Origin: Zancudomyces culisetae HAW-14-8
Taxonomy: Eukaryota; Fungi; Kickxellomycota
Length of the DNA: 64,000 nucleotides
Direction: 5' to 3'
Assembly (NCBI GenBank): GCA_052426225.1
Contig: JBNJNM010000015.1
Location: forward strand, 1,674,001 to 1,738,000
In this document: positions 51,053 to 64,000 of the stretch, in pieces
Position numbering within the stretch: the first letter of the stretch is position 1
How the letters are laid out: every line of letters starts with the position of its first letter
Program-made: the position numbers and the translations under genes
Notes under the pieces: generated by a model
What the model saw: the letters and a program-made list of their open reading frames with translations, nothing else
Databases searched by the model: none
Told to the model about the DNA's origin: nothing

Positions 51053-51613
51053 ATGAGATCAGAATATGTAGCAGTCATGGCTTTTAGCCTCGGAACCTTT
51101 GGAAGCGATGTGGTGAACATGCAAATAATTAAAGAAATACCAGGTGGAGAATGCAAGAGATACCAAGAGATAGGGTATATTGAGGAGGCCATTAATGACT
51201 TACATGTGTTTGAGCAGTACTCTGATATTTTGGGTTACACCAAAGTAAGATATGCTGATGATGAATTTCCTTTACAGGAAGATCCTAAACATATCATCAA
51301 AGAGATATGTACAACTAAGGCAGGTGAAATGAGTATCAGTGCCAAACGTTACAATGAGGCGCGTTTTGATAACAACAAAGAAGTCAGAAGGCCTGGATGT
51401 GAATATCCATACTTAAATACAACCATTAAAAAGACTGTGTACCCCCTAGTCAAGGAAGATAAATTTCTTGAGTACAAGTCTTGCCTAAGGGGTGAAATAT
51501 GTTTAACCAGTATTTATTTTGTAGGCTTAGAAGTTGGTGAAACTAGGGACAGGCCAATAGAAAATAAATGCACTTTTTCAATATATTCGCCGGTCAGACC
51601 TGTCCGCTTATAG
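51053..51613 (+). CDS. Unknown 186-aa six-cysteine protein B, tandem paralog of A
   Basis: Shares IIK, DI..YT.V.Y, KEIC, C.YPY.NT, ED.F.EYK.C, GETR.RP and C.FSIY with protein A. Confidence 0.8.
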   Translation: MRSEYVAVMAFSLGTFGSDVVNMQIIKEIPGGECKRYQEIGYIEEAINDLHVFEQYSDILGYTKVRYADDEFPLQEDPKHIIKEICTTKAGEMSISAKRYNEARFDNNKEVRRPGCEYPYLNTTIKKTVYPLVKEDKFLEYKSCLRGEICLTSIYFVGLEVGETRDRPIENKCTFSIYSPVRPVRL

Positions 51614-52039
51614 TGGAATCATTTTTGCGTGTATATACGTACCCGTTTCTATTGCTAATCTTTAACTGTGCTATATCTACCAACTGTCAAATAATCATGT
51701 GGTTTCATATTTCAGTGAATGGTGATGATGAATGTTATTGGATGATGCGTCTGAGGTTGAGTTTCTGGTGTGTATTTGCTTAAATATTGAGGGAAAGGAG
51801 GGGATTCGATATTTTGTTGGAGGGAGGAAAAAGTCACCGTTTTATTGGATACCTCGAAACGGGAATGCAATAGGAAAATTTTGTTGATGTTCATTTGTTT
51901 TGGTGAAATTTTTTTTATTTCGCAGCTTTGTTGTATCTTCGTTTATACTTTTTATACTAAATTAATAAAGGGCAAAATAAACAATTAAAACCATAACAAA
52001 TAGTACACTATAAATTAAAAACAAAAATATATACAAGCT

Positions 52040-54358
52040 ATGGCAGACAAGACTGTCGCGTATTTTTATGACCGTAAGGCTGAATATTTTATATAATACT
52101 TTGTTTTATAGCTGCGATAGGGGATTTGTTTCGCGAATGAGCGAAATTCAAAAATAACAAAGAATAACAAGGTAAATATAATCGCAAATAGCCGATGTTG
52201 GGAACTTTCATTATGGACCAGGACATCCTATGAAACCTCATAGGATTAGAATGACTCATAGTTTGGTAATGAACTATGAATTGTATAAAAAGATGTCAAT
52301 ATATCGAGCAGCACCTGCCACGAAGCAGGAAATGACGCAATTTCATTCAGATGATTATGTCGAGTTTCTATATAGAGTTACTCCCGAAACAGCGTGGAGG
52401 TACCAAAAGGAGATTTCTAAATGTAAGAAGTGCTAAGGTTGAACATAACATACTCCAAATTGCATTTTATTTTACTGATGATAACTAACAAGTGCTAGAA
52501 AACGTTTTTATAGATATAGTCGAGGATGATTGCCCGGTTTTTGATGGAATGTTCGACTTTTTTTCATTATCTGCAGGAAGCTCTATGGGTAAAAATATGC
52601 AATATATAAATAATTCTGCTTTTTAAAAAGTAAATGAAAGAAACAGAGTTTGATAAGAAGGAAAAATGCAAAAAAATATATAATAGAGGGAGCAGCTAGG
52701 TTAAACAGAAACCTTTCAGATATATGTATAAACTGGAGTGGAGGACTTCACCACGCTAAGAAATGCGAGGCGAGCGGCTTTTGTTATATAAACGATATAG
52801 TATTGGCGATACTTGAGCTTCTGCGGCACCACGACAGGGTTTTATACATAGATATCGATGTACATCATGGTGATGGCGTTGAAGAAGCATTTTACACAAC
52901 GGACAGAGTAATGACATGCTCATTTCACAAGTACGGCGAATTCTTTCCAGGAACAGGTGATTTAAGAGATATTGGAGAGGGAAAGGGAAAATATTATAGC
53001 GTAAATGTTCCTTTAAGGGATGGAATAAACGACTACAGCTACAGGACAATATTTGAACCAGTAGTGAAGAATATTATCGAATGGTACCAACCAGGAGTAA
53101 TCGTACTTCAATGCGGTGCTGATTCGTTGGCAGGGGACAAACTAGGTTGTTTTAATTTGAGTTTGGAGGGACATGGACGGTGTGTCAATTATGTAAAGGG
53201 CTTTGGCTTGCCTCTGTTGGTTTTAGGTGGAGGTGGATACGCAATCAGAAACGTTTCGCGCGCATGGGCATACGAAACAGGCCTATTGGTTGGCGAAAAA
53301 ATGGACAGACATCTTCCCATGAACGACTACATGGATTATTATGGGCCAGATTTTACTCTTAATGTACCTGCAAGAAATATGGAGAATCTTAATAGTGACA
53401 AATACCTTGAGCGAATAAAGTAAGCTTTTTATTTTTTTTTTACACGTTAGCATGCGTGAGGTTATTAGAGATCAGATAAATAACTAAAAATATATATTGA
53501 ATGACATTGAATAGAATTCAAGTGTTACAAAATCTTGAACGGACAAGGTTTGCTCCTAGCGTTCAAATGCAGGAGGTTCCACCTGGGCTATCACCAAACG
53601 TTGAGAGAGACGGGGAGGTGGATGATGAGATGGATATAGAGGAAAATAAGGACGTTCGGGTAACGGAGCTGATGCAGGAGCGAATGGTAGTCAAAAAGAC
53701 CGAGCTTTACGATCTTGATGCTTTGGGGATATCTAAACGGCACGAGGATTCTAGTGAATCCAACAAATTAGCAAACGAAGTCAATTTTGTAAAGGATCAG
53801 GCTATGAAGGAAGAGGAATCTAAGCCGAAAGCAAAAGATGATGTGTGCATGGATATTGACTCAAAAGAGAAAGACGAGTCTCAGAAAATGGAAGATGTGC
53901 AGGAGGGGAAGAATGAGAAAATGGAAGAACATGGGCTGGTGAAAGAACAAGCGCAAGAGCAATTACAGGAGCAAAAACAGGAGCAAGGGAAGGAGCAAAA
54001 GGTGGAAGAGCAAATGCCCGAGGGTGATGCGGATGTCGATGAGGCACCCAAACCTGAGCCAAAAGCTGACATAAGTCAAGGTTCAGCTCCTGAAGAGTCT
54101 TCTGAGAATAAAAAAGAAACCATCGGTAGTGTTGAAGGGCAAAATACCACTGATAGTTGTATAGCCATGGCCGAATCTGGGACTACAGAAAACAGAATGT
54201 CTGTAGACACAGAGCAGCCAGAGCCCGTATCTGATGTATTGTCTCAGTCTAAAGTATCACCTAAAAATACAGATATAAATTCTAAAAGGCTTGCCTCACC
54301 GTCCCACTTGCCACTAGAAGCTAAGGATATTCAAGAAGAAAGCAACACATCTTTGTAA
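52040..54358 (+). CDS. RPD3: Class I histone deacetylase Rpd3/Clr6 (5 exons: 52040-52073, 52192-52422, 52514-52588, 52687-53419, 53515-54358)
   Basis: [90 protein letters not shown], long acidic tail. Confidence 0.95.
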
Positions 54359-55317
54359 ACAATAGCCAAGTATTGAAGTACCACCTCTTTATTCTGTTTT
54401 GTTTTTTGTAAATTCCGTTTTGTTTTGGTTAAAATATTATGACAAAAGTTTTTTTCTACTACTTAACAATATATATGCATGTGTTTTTAAATTAACAAGC
54501 AAAATCTAAATTGTATGGATTGCATTTTGATGCCTCTACTTGTGATAGTTTTCAAAACCATTTTTATTCGCCAAAGCAATATTGTTGTTATATTTTAGGG
54601 TGGGGGGTTGAACGATAAATCTGTTTTGTGCGTGCACAAAAGTTGCGAAGTGAAAATATATGCTTATCGGGCTGGTAGTTTAGTGGTTTGACAGGCTGGG
54701 ATCAAATTTTTATCATAAGAGGGGAGGAAAGGAGAGTGTGAGTAAAGCTGTGAAAACGTCTACAAACTTGTATGTGTAACACATTAAATGAATAATTGTG
54801 GTAAAGATAGTAATTACGGACAAAAGCTTTAAGCATTTTTTTTTCCTAAATCAATTAAAAACTTTATGGTTTTAACTGCGTTTTTGCAGATACTAGATAT
54901 ATATTTCTAAAAAAAAGTCACGCAATGACTCAACAGCCCCTGTTCTCTTTCTCTAAAAAAGGATATCACGTCATTATTTGAAAGTAGTCAATAAGGTGTA
55001 AAATAGTGTAGTTGCGTGATATACGCAAATGGAAATCTGTGTGATTTGCATCCTAAAAAAGGGAAAGAAAGCCAAGCTATATAGGGAGTTTATGCCTAAT
55101 ACCGTTTTTTGGTTAGTGAAAATAACCCGTATGTTTTCCCTAAGTACAAAACATCTGTACACAGATGCCATAACATTAGGTTGAATCACCATCAGTTTAA
55201 GGAAATTCAATGAGATGTTTGTGGGTATTAGCGTACATATTAACTTTGATTATTTAATTGCGCTAGTATTTGCATTGATTTCACCATGAACTACATTATT
55301 TTAGAGAGTGGTTAGCC

Positions 55318-55460
55318 GTCACTCTCACTCTCACTGTGATTTCTATTTTTGTCCCTATACCTGTTCATATCACTATCACTCTCTATTCCTGTTTTCAACC
55401 CTGTCCCTATTCCTGTCCCTACCCCTATTTCTATCTTTATCCTTATCTACACCTCTACCA
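55318..55460. repeat. Degenerate pyrimidine-rich hexamer-periodic tract
   Basis: cactct cactct cactgt ... ccctat tcctgt ccctac ccctat ttctat ctttat ccttat ctacac. Confidence 0.6.
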
Positions 55461-55966
55461 CATTTTTGCTTTCGTATTCTTTGTTATCTTTAGCCTAACA
55501 ATAATCCGAATAGGAAAAAATCGAAAGAATACTGCCTTTGTTTTAAGATGGGGCGATTCAGTTTGGTGTATTTTAGAGTTCGAGTAAAGAGCATGTATAA
55601 ACGCTGTTTTTCAGTAATTATTTGGTTGGTTACGAGCTTTTAGAATTTCAGCTACCATAAAAGTATAAGATAATTGCAGGGTATAATCCTAAACGGACCC
55701 AAGGCATAGGGGGGGGGGGAACCAATGTACAAAATGAAACTGAAGCAGAAACGAAAACAAAAAATTGTTGGATTGCTATTCGGTTTATTTTCTGCGAAAG
55801 TGATTTGTAGCTGAGATTGTGGGAAGAAGACCATGAATATTTTTGTTTTTCTTTTTTTTTGAAATTTCTGTAGCTATTGATTTGTTTTAATTTCGTATCA
55901 TTGTGATTATAAAAAATACTAATATTAATATAAATTATAAAAATAAAAATAAAAATAATTTGAAAT

Positions 55967-56030
55967 AAGGTAAATATAAAGGTAAATATAAATGTAAATG
56001 TAAATGTAAATGTAAATGTAAATATAAATA
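55967..56030. repeat. (TAAATG)n-type microsatellite
   Basis: aaggtaaatataaaggtaaatataaatgtaaatgtaaatgtaaatgtaaatgtaaatataaata. Confidence 0.8.
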
Positions 56031-59000
56031 AAACTATATAACTCGATTAATTAAGGTTGGTTTTTAAACCCAACTTTCCTTCAGTTATTATTTAGATGCC
56101 GATTTTATTTAAGGTGCTTGTATCACTTTTAATTTTTTCATGGACGCAGCACATTGGTTTTTAACTACAAACGTTTTAATGCCATTGAATTTGATTATTC
56201 AAAAACCTATCGAGAAGATGCAAAAACGGAAATACTTATAATTCTCGTATATACTTGGCTAAACTACGATAAATACTCTTATTTTCTTTCTTCAGGCATA
56301 AATCACACAAATTACACAATGGTGTTGATATTTATTGATTATGCCTGAAATTGCGAGAGTTATAGGATTACAAGGCATGTGATCAACTTTACCTTGGTTG
56401 CTGAGATTGTGTAAAGTGTTACTTTTATATAATTGATCTGGTCCAAGTTTCACCTATTATGTGAAACAATGTGAACCAAGCTATGTAGCTTTTGAGCAAA
56501 AAATACATAAGTGGAGGTAGTGCTGTGTTGATAGAATAGGAAAATATGTATATCTATGGTAATAAAAAGATAGTAGATAGCCAGAAAAATGAGAAGCAAC
56601 ATGTAACAATATAGCAATAAAAACCTTGTCTAAAAGGCTGTAACGTTTAAAATTGGTCAAGTACACACAGGTGTAACGCTTAAATGTAAAAGAAAGGGGT
56701 TACATTTTGTCTAGTACAGCAAAAAGTAGTCATTACTATTATTATTATTGTTGTTGTTGTTGGTAATAATGTTGGTAATTATAAGGGATGGAGAATTGTT
56801 CTGGATTCTTTTTTGAACCTGAACCTACTCAAAGTTCTCATAAAACAGAAAATAGAAAATAGAAAAAAGGTGTTGTTTTAGATTATTAGCTATATTCCAT
56901 CACTTTGCTTTTAGTAACATTCCCATGCCTTCTAACTCTTTACAGGGGAACAAAATCCAAACAGGGCACTTATAGGCTAGTATAGCTCTTTTTTCAATAT
57001 CTACCGGAAAAGGAAGATATTTAATACCAAGAAAAGCAAAGTTAATAACTATACAACTATTATAAAAGACCTGAATAATAGAGCGTGTATTATTATTGTA
57101 TCTCGTATATAAAACTGACTCAAGTGCTTAGTATGAAGGGGTAGTTTCTTGCTTAGAAAACCAAAAAAATAAAAATAAATAAACAACACCAGCGATTGGT
57201 AGGATAAGGCACCCAAACATCTAGATGGATTGCTAAACTAAAACAACCTTATTTTAGGCGTGAATACACTCAGTCTGGTGTGATTATGAGCTTTATAGCA
57301 GCATCTGCCACTATCGCTTTCGCTAGTTCCAGGATGGTACGTTAAATTATTCGATATGAGGATCAATGTGGTCACTGGCGAATAAAATCCACATTTTATA
57401 TACAAATGAATCGATAAAAGCAGTAAATGCAAAAATTAATGACAAATTAGTTGGTTTATCCTGGAAAATGTAAATGCTCAATGAGTCCCCGAGTCTATAG
57501 TATTTTGCCTCTACTATTATAAATGCTTCCGGCTACAAAACTCAAGCACTGTTTCCACCTCAAATGAACAAAAATGGTTGACAAACAGTACATTTGGTGG
57601 TCTAGAGCCTAGTAGTCAAAGGATTGGTGGTATTTTAAAAGATTGATGCTGTTGTGTGAGAATCTGTTTGCGGAATCTGATTTGTAATGTTTATTTTTTC
57701 ACGTGAGTTTAAAGTAAGATGAGCTAAAAAAATCTGTAGGGAATAATGGAAATTGCCGTAGAAATCAACTAATACGAACAGTTTGGAGAACTTTACCATC
57801 AATCACTAGTAACCAAGAATCGTTGCGTAATTAATAAACACGGACGGTTTGAAAATTTATAGTTTCCAATTGGCGACCGAATTATTCACAAATTTATAAA
57901 GCCGTTCGATTTTTTTTTTTTACACAAAAATTGCTAAAATTGCTAAATGCATAATTGGTCTGGTGTGACTCTATGGATGGAGGTTGTTGCGATAATGGTC
58001 AAAAAATAGATTTAAAATAACAAAAAAAAATGCATCAATAAAGCGAATTAGTCTTTTTTTTGCAGCAGGTTTGGTAAGAAGACCTGAAGATTTTGTCACT
58101 AGGAAGCCCATGTTGACTCCTCCGCTTTAATCATGAACGACAAACAGAGAAAGGGCTGATTCCACTTTTTCACTTTAATTTCTAGTTTGATGTGTATTAA
58201 TTTAGTTAACCAGATACTTTATTAAAGCGAGTTTCAACGATTAATAATATCGGTCTATTTCACATTAACTGATTTCTCTAAAAAAAAATTGATTTTTATT
58301 TTTACTTATTTGAATTATTTAACGAAAAAAAAACGTAATTACAAATCACACTAAGCCGAGAACCAACGGATGGGAGCGTTTAAGAAGGTATTAGTGGTAG
58401 ATAAATAAAATAAAATCAAAAATGGGTAGAAGGTGGAAAAATGTGCGCAGGAAGATAGCGCCTATTTCTACCACAGCTTTCTGATTAAACTAACAAAGGT
58501 GGCTTCCAAAAGAAAAAAGGCATTCAAAAGCAAGCAAAATCAAGTTTTTGGAATAACAACTTGTGGGACCAAACCGTTTTATTTGCTCCTAACTGCTTAG
58601 CATAATCTTTTCTTTTTTTTAATCTACAAAACATTTATTATACTCTGTCAGCTTATACCAAGAGGCAAAGATAAACGAAACTGGTAGAAGCATTTATTTA
58701 AGAGTAAAGAAGACCACACACATATTTGTATTCCTACTCAATAACAAAGGGCTTGATTGTGTAGATTCTGCTGCAAAAAAAATAGTGTAAAGATTGAAGG
58801 GATCCAACGGAACAGGTTGCTGTTTTTACTTCTTTATTCTCCTAATATAATATCGGTATAAATATCGGTACATATATGGATAAAAGTAAAGATCGAGGCG
58901 AGAAAAAGGTACAAATACAAAACAAATTGACGGTAATATCGATACATACACTGCACGTAATTTCCGCAGCTAAATATATTTAAAAGGACTTGCGGATAAA

Positions 59001-60543
59001 GAGAGCACGGTAGCTACATCTACAGTGATATTTAGTAAATCAATCAATGACAGTTTTGCATAAAAGGACATAACTGGCGACTTTTTTAAGATTATTGGTG
59101 TTAGACCAGGAAAACAAACGCTATTGCGAAGGATAAAGAAAAAAATTACTTTTTTTATCCTCTTTTCAACAAGTTGGAGTTTTTATACTTTGGTAGAATT
59201 ACAGAAAGAAGGCCTTTGAGCGTGCAGGGGCTGCGAAGCAATAATAATAATAATAATAGCTGTGCTAGTGGTATTGGGAGTAGTAAAATACTAAAGGTAA
59301 GCGGTTACTATTGCTATTATTGCACCACTGATTAGATGTTTCAAAGCGAATACCTTTTGTACTTTGCGTACACACACTCGGTTAGTAGCCGGCGAGGATT
59401 TTTTTTTTTGACCCAGAGACCTGGGAGAACATCACCCAAAAATATTTCAAGCAGTAGAAAAACGTGAAAATTCAGACGACTACTCATGTTCTGGAGGAAG
59501 TAATACGCCCTATCTCCACAGTCCATCCTTTATTTTTGATGACTGTAGGATGAGAGAAGAAAGGGATTTTGTTTGTTTTGCATTTTGGAACTAAAACCCT
59601 ATTTCTGCAAATACCCTTTCCATCAACTTTTTCAAGATTCTTTTTCTTTGTTCCACTTTTGGACAATCAATTTGATTCTAGAAGGGGGGAAATTGATTTA
59701 ATCAATAATGCAAAGTTGGAAACAAAGAATTTTTACATTGAGCAGCTTATAAAAAAAAGAGAAAAAAAATCTCGCAAGTAATCTGTTGAACATGGGCCTG
59801 TAATACAACTGATGAAAATAATGATGCGGAAATATCGGGTCGATCCCTTTTAGAGTAAATGGCTGGAATGGGTCTTGTTAAACACATTTAATCATCAAAA
59901 ATTAAAATGATTTTTCGTGGTTACTGATGATGGTATACTCATTATGTGTGCGTGTAACTATAAGAGGATGGAAACTTTGAGATTTAACATTAAACTACTT
60001 TTCATTTTAGATAAAGCCACAACATAAAAAAGTGAGGCTAACAAGGGCGGAAAAGGTGACTCGCTTAAATAGACCGAGATCAGGGCATACAACTTGATAA
60101 TCCTAGAGGACTTTTGATGAAGACGACATCATATAATATTCTGTAAATAGTTATCACTGTTCGAAAATTAACTTTGATTGACATCAAGCTGTATTAACTT
60201 AAAGCGGATATCTAAACCTACCAGCTTTGTAAAAATACTTGGAGTGTCAATACTTGTAATATTTTAATCATACACCCAACGCGTGGATAGTTGTATAAAA
60301 GTATAAGAAACTCGACAGGAAAGTAGGGGGAGGGAAGTATAAATCGATATTCAGAGGTATTTAAGACCAATTCTTCTATAATCGATTTCAAGATAAGTGT
60401 GACTTTCAATTAGAAAATCACAAAACCTGTGTAATATCATCAATTGTAAAAAAAAAAAAAACAAAACAGAGAGAAACCTTACGTTAAACACGCAGCACAT
60501 CAAAGTTCAGTGAAATATAAAAGTATAGAGCGGTTGAAATAGT

Positions 60544-63500
60544 ATGAGTTCAGGCATTAGTATTAGAGCAGAAGCAAAGTATAATGATCTCAATTCTGCA
60601 AAGGAGACCAGCAGATTTTTTTCGCCACACGAGCGTGCTACAGAAATAGGTGGTATGGCTAGTAAACACTCATATCGTACTCAAAAAGAAAGTGAAGAAA
60701 AGGTGCAGACGGCGGATAATGTATGGTTTAGAAAATTCCAAGAGTCGGAAAAGCAGGAGAAAGCCGGGGCGTGGGGAGGGCCTGTTTATGCGACTTCCAA
60801 CGACGTGGATAAGGATTGGAGTGATTTGGGAGTAGGGTCTTGGGATGAGCAGCGAGAATTAAAATTAGACCATTTTGGATACAACGACACTCAGAAATCC
60901 AATACACATAATATGATGCATACTCGTGATAGGCATCAAAAGCAGAAGCAAAATGGAGGTAATGTATATGCTACAGAATTTTTGAACTCAGGAGCGGATG
61001 TGCGTGGTGGAATAGGAACAGGAGTTATGGAAAGAAGTAAAGCTATAGGGATACAGGAAGGCAGAAACATGTCATTTGGAACTGAATTTGAAGAACGGGG
61101 GCGAAATAGAGATGAGGAAAAGGGCAGATTCGGAATAGGAATATTTGGGTCAGCACCGTCGAAAATGCGAAGAAGTGGATTCATAAGAGATGAGTTTGGA
61201 GAAAGAACAGAATCTTTTTTGGAGGGAAGTTTGCAACTAGTCAGAGAAGAAGAAGACGAGGATGAAGGTATTGTGAGTAAGTTGGGATCTATGAGCTTTG
61301 GGATCCCATCAATCAAGCAACCCAGTAGTCATAGCCGTTACACTCATCGCCAAAATACATATTCACTTGAGATGGATGATGAAATGGATTTTGCTTCCAA
61401 TTCGGTATTTGATAATTTTGAAGACATCACTGAGCCCAATAATGGATTTTTAGCTCAAGAGTTGAAAGATCCAGTTCCAAAGACCGGACCAACAATGTGG
61501 GGAAACATGTATTCCAAAACAGTAGAACCAGATTCAGCGATGCCAGGTTATTTATTTCCACCGGCATTCCAACCTTATTCTACTTCCCTTGGAACTATCA
61601 ATAGTGGTGAAAATCCTGCGAACTCTGTGATTGGTGTCGGAAAAGTCGGTACAGAGATTGCGAGGTCCAATTATTTTGAGTTTAAGAGTATAGATGGAGT
61701 GGTGGGGAGGGCAGCTAATCGGTATGAAAGGGGCTCGAGTATGTCGTTCGGAGCTCGACAACCGGGTGAAGGGCTATATTCTATCAGTGAAGCTGCTGGA
61801 AACTTCGACGGTTTTGATGGAAAAAGGAACATGCCAAAGTACAGGTTTGGAACTAGCGTTTCGATGGCCAGTAATGGTGGTATCGGAACAGGCAACTCTA
61901 ACATACGAGGAAATGAGTTTCCAAGCGCTTATTCCTTACCGCGTAGTTCGAATCCTATGTATGCGCTAAGCTTCACTAATACACCAATGAATGCCTACTG
62001 GAATGGCAGTTTCAATGGTAACAACGACATTGCATATAGCTCACAACAACAGAACCAACAACAGAACCAACAGCAGAACCAACAGCAGAACCAACAGCAG
62101 AACCAACAACAGCAGCGTTATGTAGCTTCCGGTGCAGCTACAGCTGTTCCAGCTCTTTCCACATCACCCACAACTTCATTTTCCTTCCCACAAAGAAGCG
62201 AAATTCTCCATCCATTGCTTCAATCCAAATCTGAATTTCCACCTGCGCTGGATCACAATGGTCCATTTTCCCCTAACCTTCTGGAACCAAAACATTATGT
62301 TGGCTCTTATTCTTACCAGAAATTAGCTTTCTACCCACCTGTACCACCAACACAGATAGCCAATGCTCTTTACTCCAATCCAATTAGCACCAACAAAACC
62401 ACGGGGATACCCACAAATACTTCACCGACCATTCATTCAGCACCTTCAGCGTCAACATCAGTTCCTGCCACCAGCACTACTACATCTGCTAGTGGCTCTA
62501 GCCCCAACTTTAGCTCTAAAAGAGACATAGCAACAAAAGCCACCACAGCTGCTATACCTGGTGGTGAAAACACACTTATCACTACTTCATTAGCAACGTC
62601 GGTAGCTCCAGAATCTGCACCATCTCCGACTTCACCATCCACACCCTCACCATTTGCTGGTCAACAACAGACTGTTCGTAGTGTCCTACTTGAAGATTTT
62701 CGAAACAATAAAGCCAAGAAATATGAGCTTTCAGATATCAAGGGCTATATAGCCGAGTTTTCCAACGACCAACACGGCTCAAGATTTATCCAGCAGAAAC
62801 TCGAGACTGCAACCGATGAGGAAAAGGATCTGGTGTTTCAAGAAATCCATTCAACTGCACTGGGGCTAATGACTGATGTCTTTGGAAACTATGTAATTCA
62901 AAAGCTATTTGATTTTGGAAATTCCTCCCACCGAATTGCGTTGGCTCTCGCTATGAAGGGAAGCATTTTGACCTTGTCTCTCCAGATGTATGGCTGCCGC
63001 GTAGTCCAAAAGGCTCTGGAACATGTTCCTGAAGACGTCCAATTTTCACTCATTAAGGAGCTCGACGGTCATATCCTAAAATGTGTCCGCGACCAGAACT
63101 GCAACCATGTTATTCAAAAAACCATTGAAACTATACCCGAGTCACGCCTCGGTTTTATCATTAGGTCATTTAACGGTCAAGTATTTCAGCTTGCCACACA
63201 TCCATACGGTTGTCGTGTCATCCAGCGCCTGTTTGAGCGCTGTTCAGCAGCAAAAACCAGGCCCTTGCTGGACGAAATTCACAAATTCACATCTAGTTTG
63301 GTTCAAGACCAATATGGAAACTATGTCATTCAACACATTTTAGAACATGGTCAGGCTGCCGACAGATCCAAAATTATTGAAATGGTTCGGGGTCGAGTTA
63401 TCCAGCTCAGCAAGCACAAGTTTGCAAGTAATGTGGTTGAAAAGTGCATTTCCTTCGGCACTCCTGCTCAGCGCAAGTGTCTAATCGATGAAGTCATATT

Positions 63501-63735
63501 CTATGGAAGCACCGGCGAGTCGTCACCTAACCCTTCTGCAAACACCTCTTCAGGTCTTGTGATGATGATGAGGGATCAGTACGCCAACTATGTTGTCCAG
63601 AAAATGCTTGACGTTGTTGATGGCGATCAACGTAATTTCTTACTGGGCAAGATCCAGCCGCATCTGCCATCTCTCAAGAAATTTACCTATGGCAAACACC
63701 TTATTAATAAGGTTGACTCTTTACTTTATAAATAG
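60544..63735 (+). CDS. Pumilio/Puf3-type RNA-binding protein
   Basis: Eight C-terminal PUF repeats ([70 protein letters not shown]) after a long low-complexity N-terminus. Confidence 0.95.
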   Translation: MSSGISIRAEAKYNDLNSAKETSRFFSPHERATEIGGMASKHSYRTQKESEEKVQTADNVWFRKFQESEKQEKAGAWGGPVYATSNDVDKDWSDLGVGSWDEQRELKLDHFGYNDTQKSNTHNMMHTRDRHQKQKQNGGNVYATEFLNSGADVRGGIGTGVMERSKAIGIQEGRNMSFGTEFEERGRNRDEEKGRFGIGIFGSAPSKMRRSGFIRDEFGERTESFLEGSLQLVREEEDEDEGIVSKLGSMSFGIPSIKQPSSHSRYTHRQNTYSLEMDDEMDFASNSVFDNFEDITEPNNGFLAQELKDPVPKTGPTMWGNMYSKTVEPDSAMPGYLFPPAFQPYSTSLGTINSGENPANSVIGVGKVGTEIARSNYFEFKSIDGVVGRAANRYERGSSMSFGARQPGEGLYSISEAAGNFDGFDGKRNMPKYRFGTSVSMASNGGIGTGNSNIRGNEFPSAYSLPRSSNPMYALSFTNTPMNAYWNGSFNGNNDIAYSSQQQNQQQNQQQNQQQNQQQNQQQQRYVASGAATAVPALSTSPTTSFSFPQRSEILHPLLQSKSEFPPALDHNGPFSPNLLEPKHYVGSYSYQKLAFYPPVPPTQIANALYSNPISTNKTTGIPTNTSPTIHSAPSASTSVPATSTTTSASGSSPNFSSKRDIATKATTAAIPGGENTLITTSLATSVAPESAPSPTSPSTPSPFAGQQQTVRSVLLEDFRNNKAKKYELSDIKGYIAEFSNDQHGSRFIQQKLETATDEEKDLVFQEIHSTALGLMTDVFGNYVIQKLFDFGNSSHRIALALAMKGSILTLSLQMYGCRVVQKALEHVPEDVQFSLIKELDGHILKCVRDQNCNHVIQKTIETIPESRLGFIIRSFNGQVFQLATHPYGCRVIQRLFERCSAAKTRPLLDEIHKFTSSLVQDQYGNYVIQHILEHGQAADRSKIIEMVRGRVIQLSKHKFASNVVEKCISFGTPAQRKCLIDEVIFYGSTGESSPNPSANTSSGLVMMMRDQYANYVVQKMLDVVDGDQRNFLLGKIQPHLPSLKKFTYGKHLINKVDSLLYK
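62044..62115 (+). repeat. 12-bp coding repeat giving (QQNQ)n in the PUF protein
   Basis: caacagaaccaa / cagcagaaccaa units; protein [24 protein letters not shown]. Confidence 0.85.
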
Positions 63736-63840
63736 TTCTTTTTAGTCTCTTTAACCTTTTTAATGCTTATCAATTTTTACGCTTTACTCTTATTCCTTTT
63801 ATCGCTATAAACTCTATATTTTATTTATTTGCAACTAAAA

Positions 63841-63850
63841 CATGTATATA
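63841..63850 (+). promoter_or_regulatory. Candidate Puf3/Pumilio response element in the PUF gene 3' region
   Basis: CATGTATATA matches CNUGUANAUA, about 105 nt after the stop. Confidence 0.5.
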
Positions 63851-64000
63851 TGACTTCTTACTTTTTATCATATCTATATTTTAATATGTCTTTGTTTTTT
63901 AATCTGAACTTTGAATAGTGTAGTAATATACATTTCGAAACAAATTAAATTCTGCTACATTCATTATACTGTTATGTATTTGTATCTTGTTGTTTGAGTA

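Noticed and set aside
54668-54720. tRNA-like D-arm/A-box (GGGCTGGTAGTTTAGTGGTT)
   Set aside because: No T-arm GTTCRA, anticodon stem or acceptor pairing downstream.
10114-63343. Many antisense or alternate-frame ORFs inside NOP56, MLS1, MFS, ABCB, MEC1, RPD3 and PUF
   Set aside because: Shadow ORFs caused by codon bias of the real genes.

Overview
AT-rich, gene-dense eukaryotic DNA with short spliceosomal introns. It is fungal; an early-diverging lineage such as Zoopagomycota/Harpellales is my inference from composition and protein style, not proven. Housekeeping genes in order: RRP8, ALG11, Rab11/YPT31, BCP1, NOP56, ethanolamine kinase, peroxisomal malate synthase, an ABCB/MDR transporter, a MetX-family serine O-acyltransferase, NMD3, oligoribonuclease, a five-exon TXNDC17-like thioredoxin absent from the ORF track, ATR/MEC1, a class I HDAC and a Pumilio/Puf3 protein. 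There are two accessory patches. At ~19-23.6 kb, a secreted-protein gene and an MFS transporter are interrupted by in-frame TAG/TGA stops, each one A>G change from Trp. At ~50-51.6 kb lies a tandem pair of unrecognised 186-aa six-cysteine proteins. Other oddities: two convergent genes with overlapping stop codons, a GC-AG intron, strongly A-rich ...ATAG splice acceptors, RRPE-like motifs upstream of ribosome-biogenesis genes, and a cognate PUF element in the PUF gene's own 3' region. I found no supportable rRNA, tRNA, CRISPR array or transposon. All gene models were built by hand from the sequence; no database searches were run.
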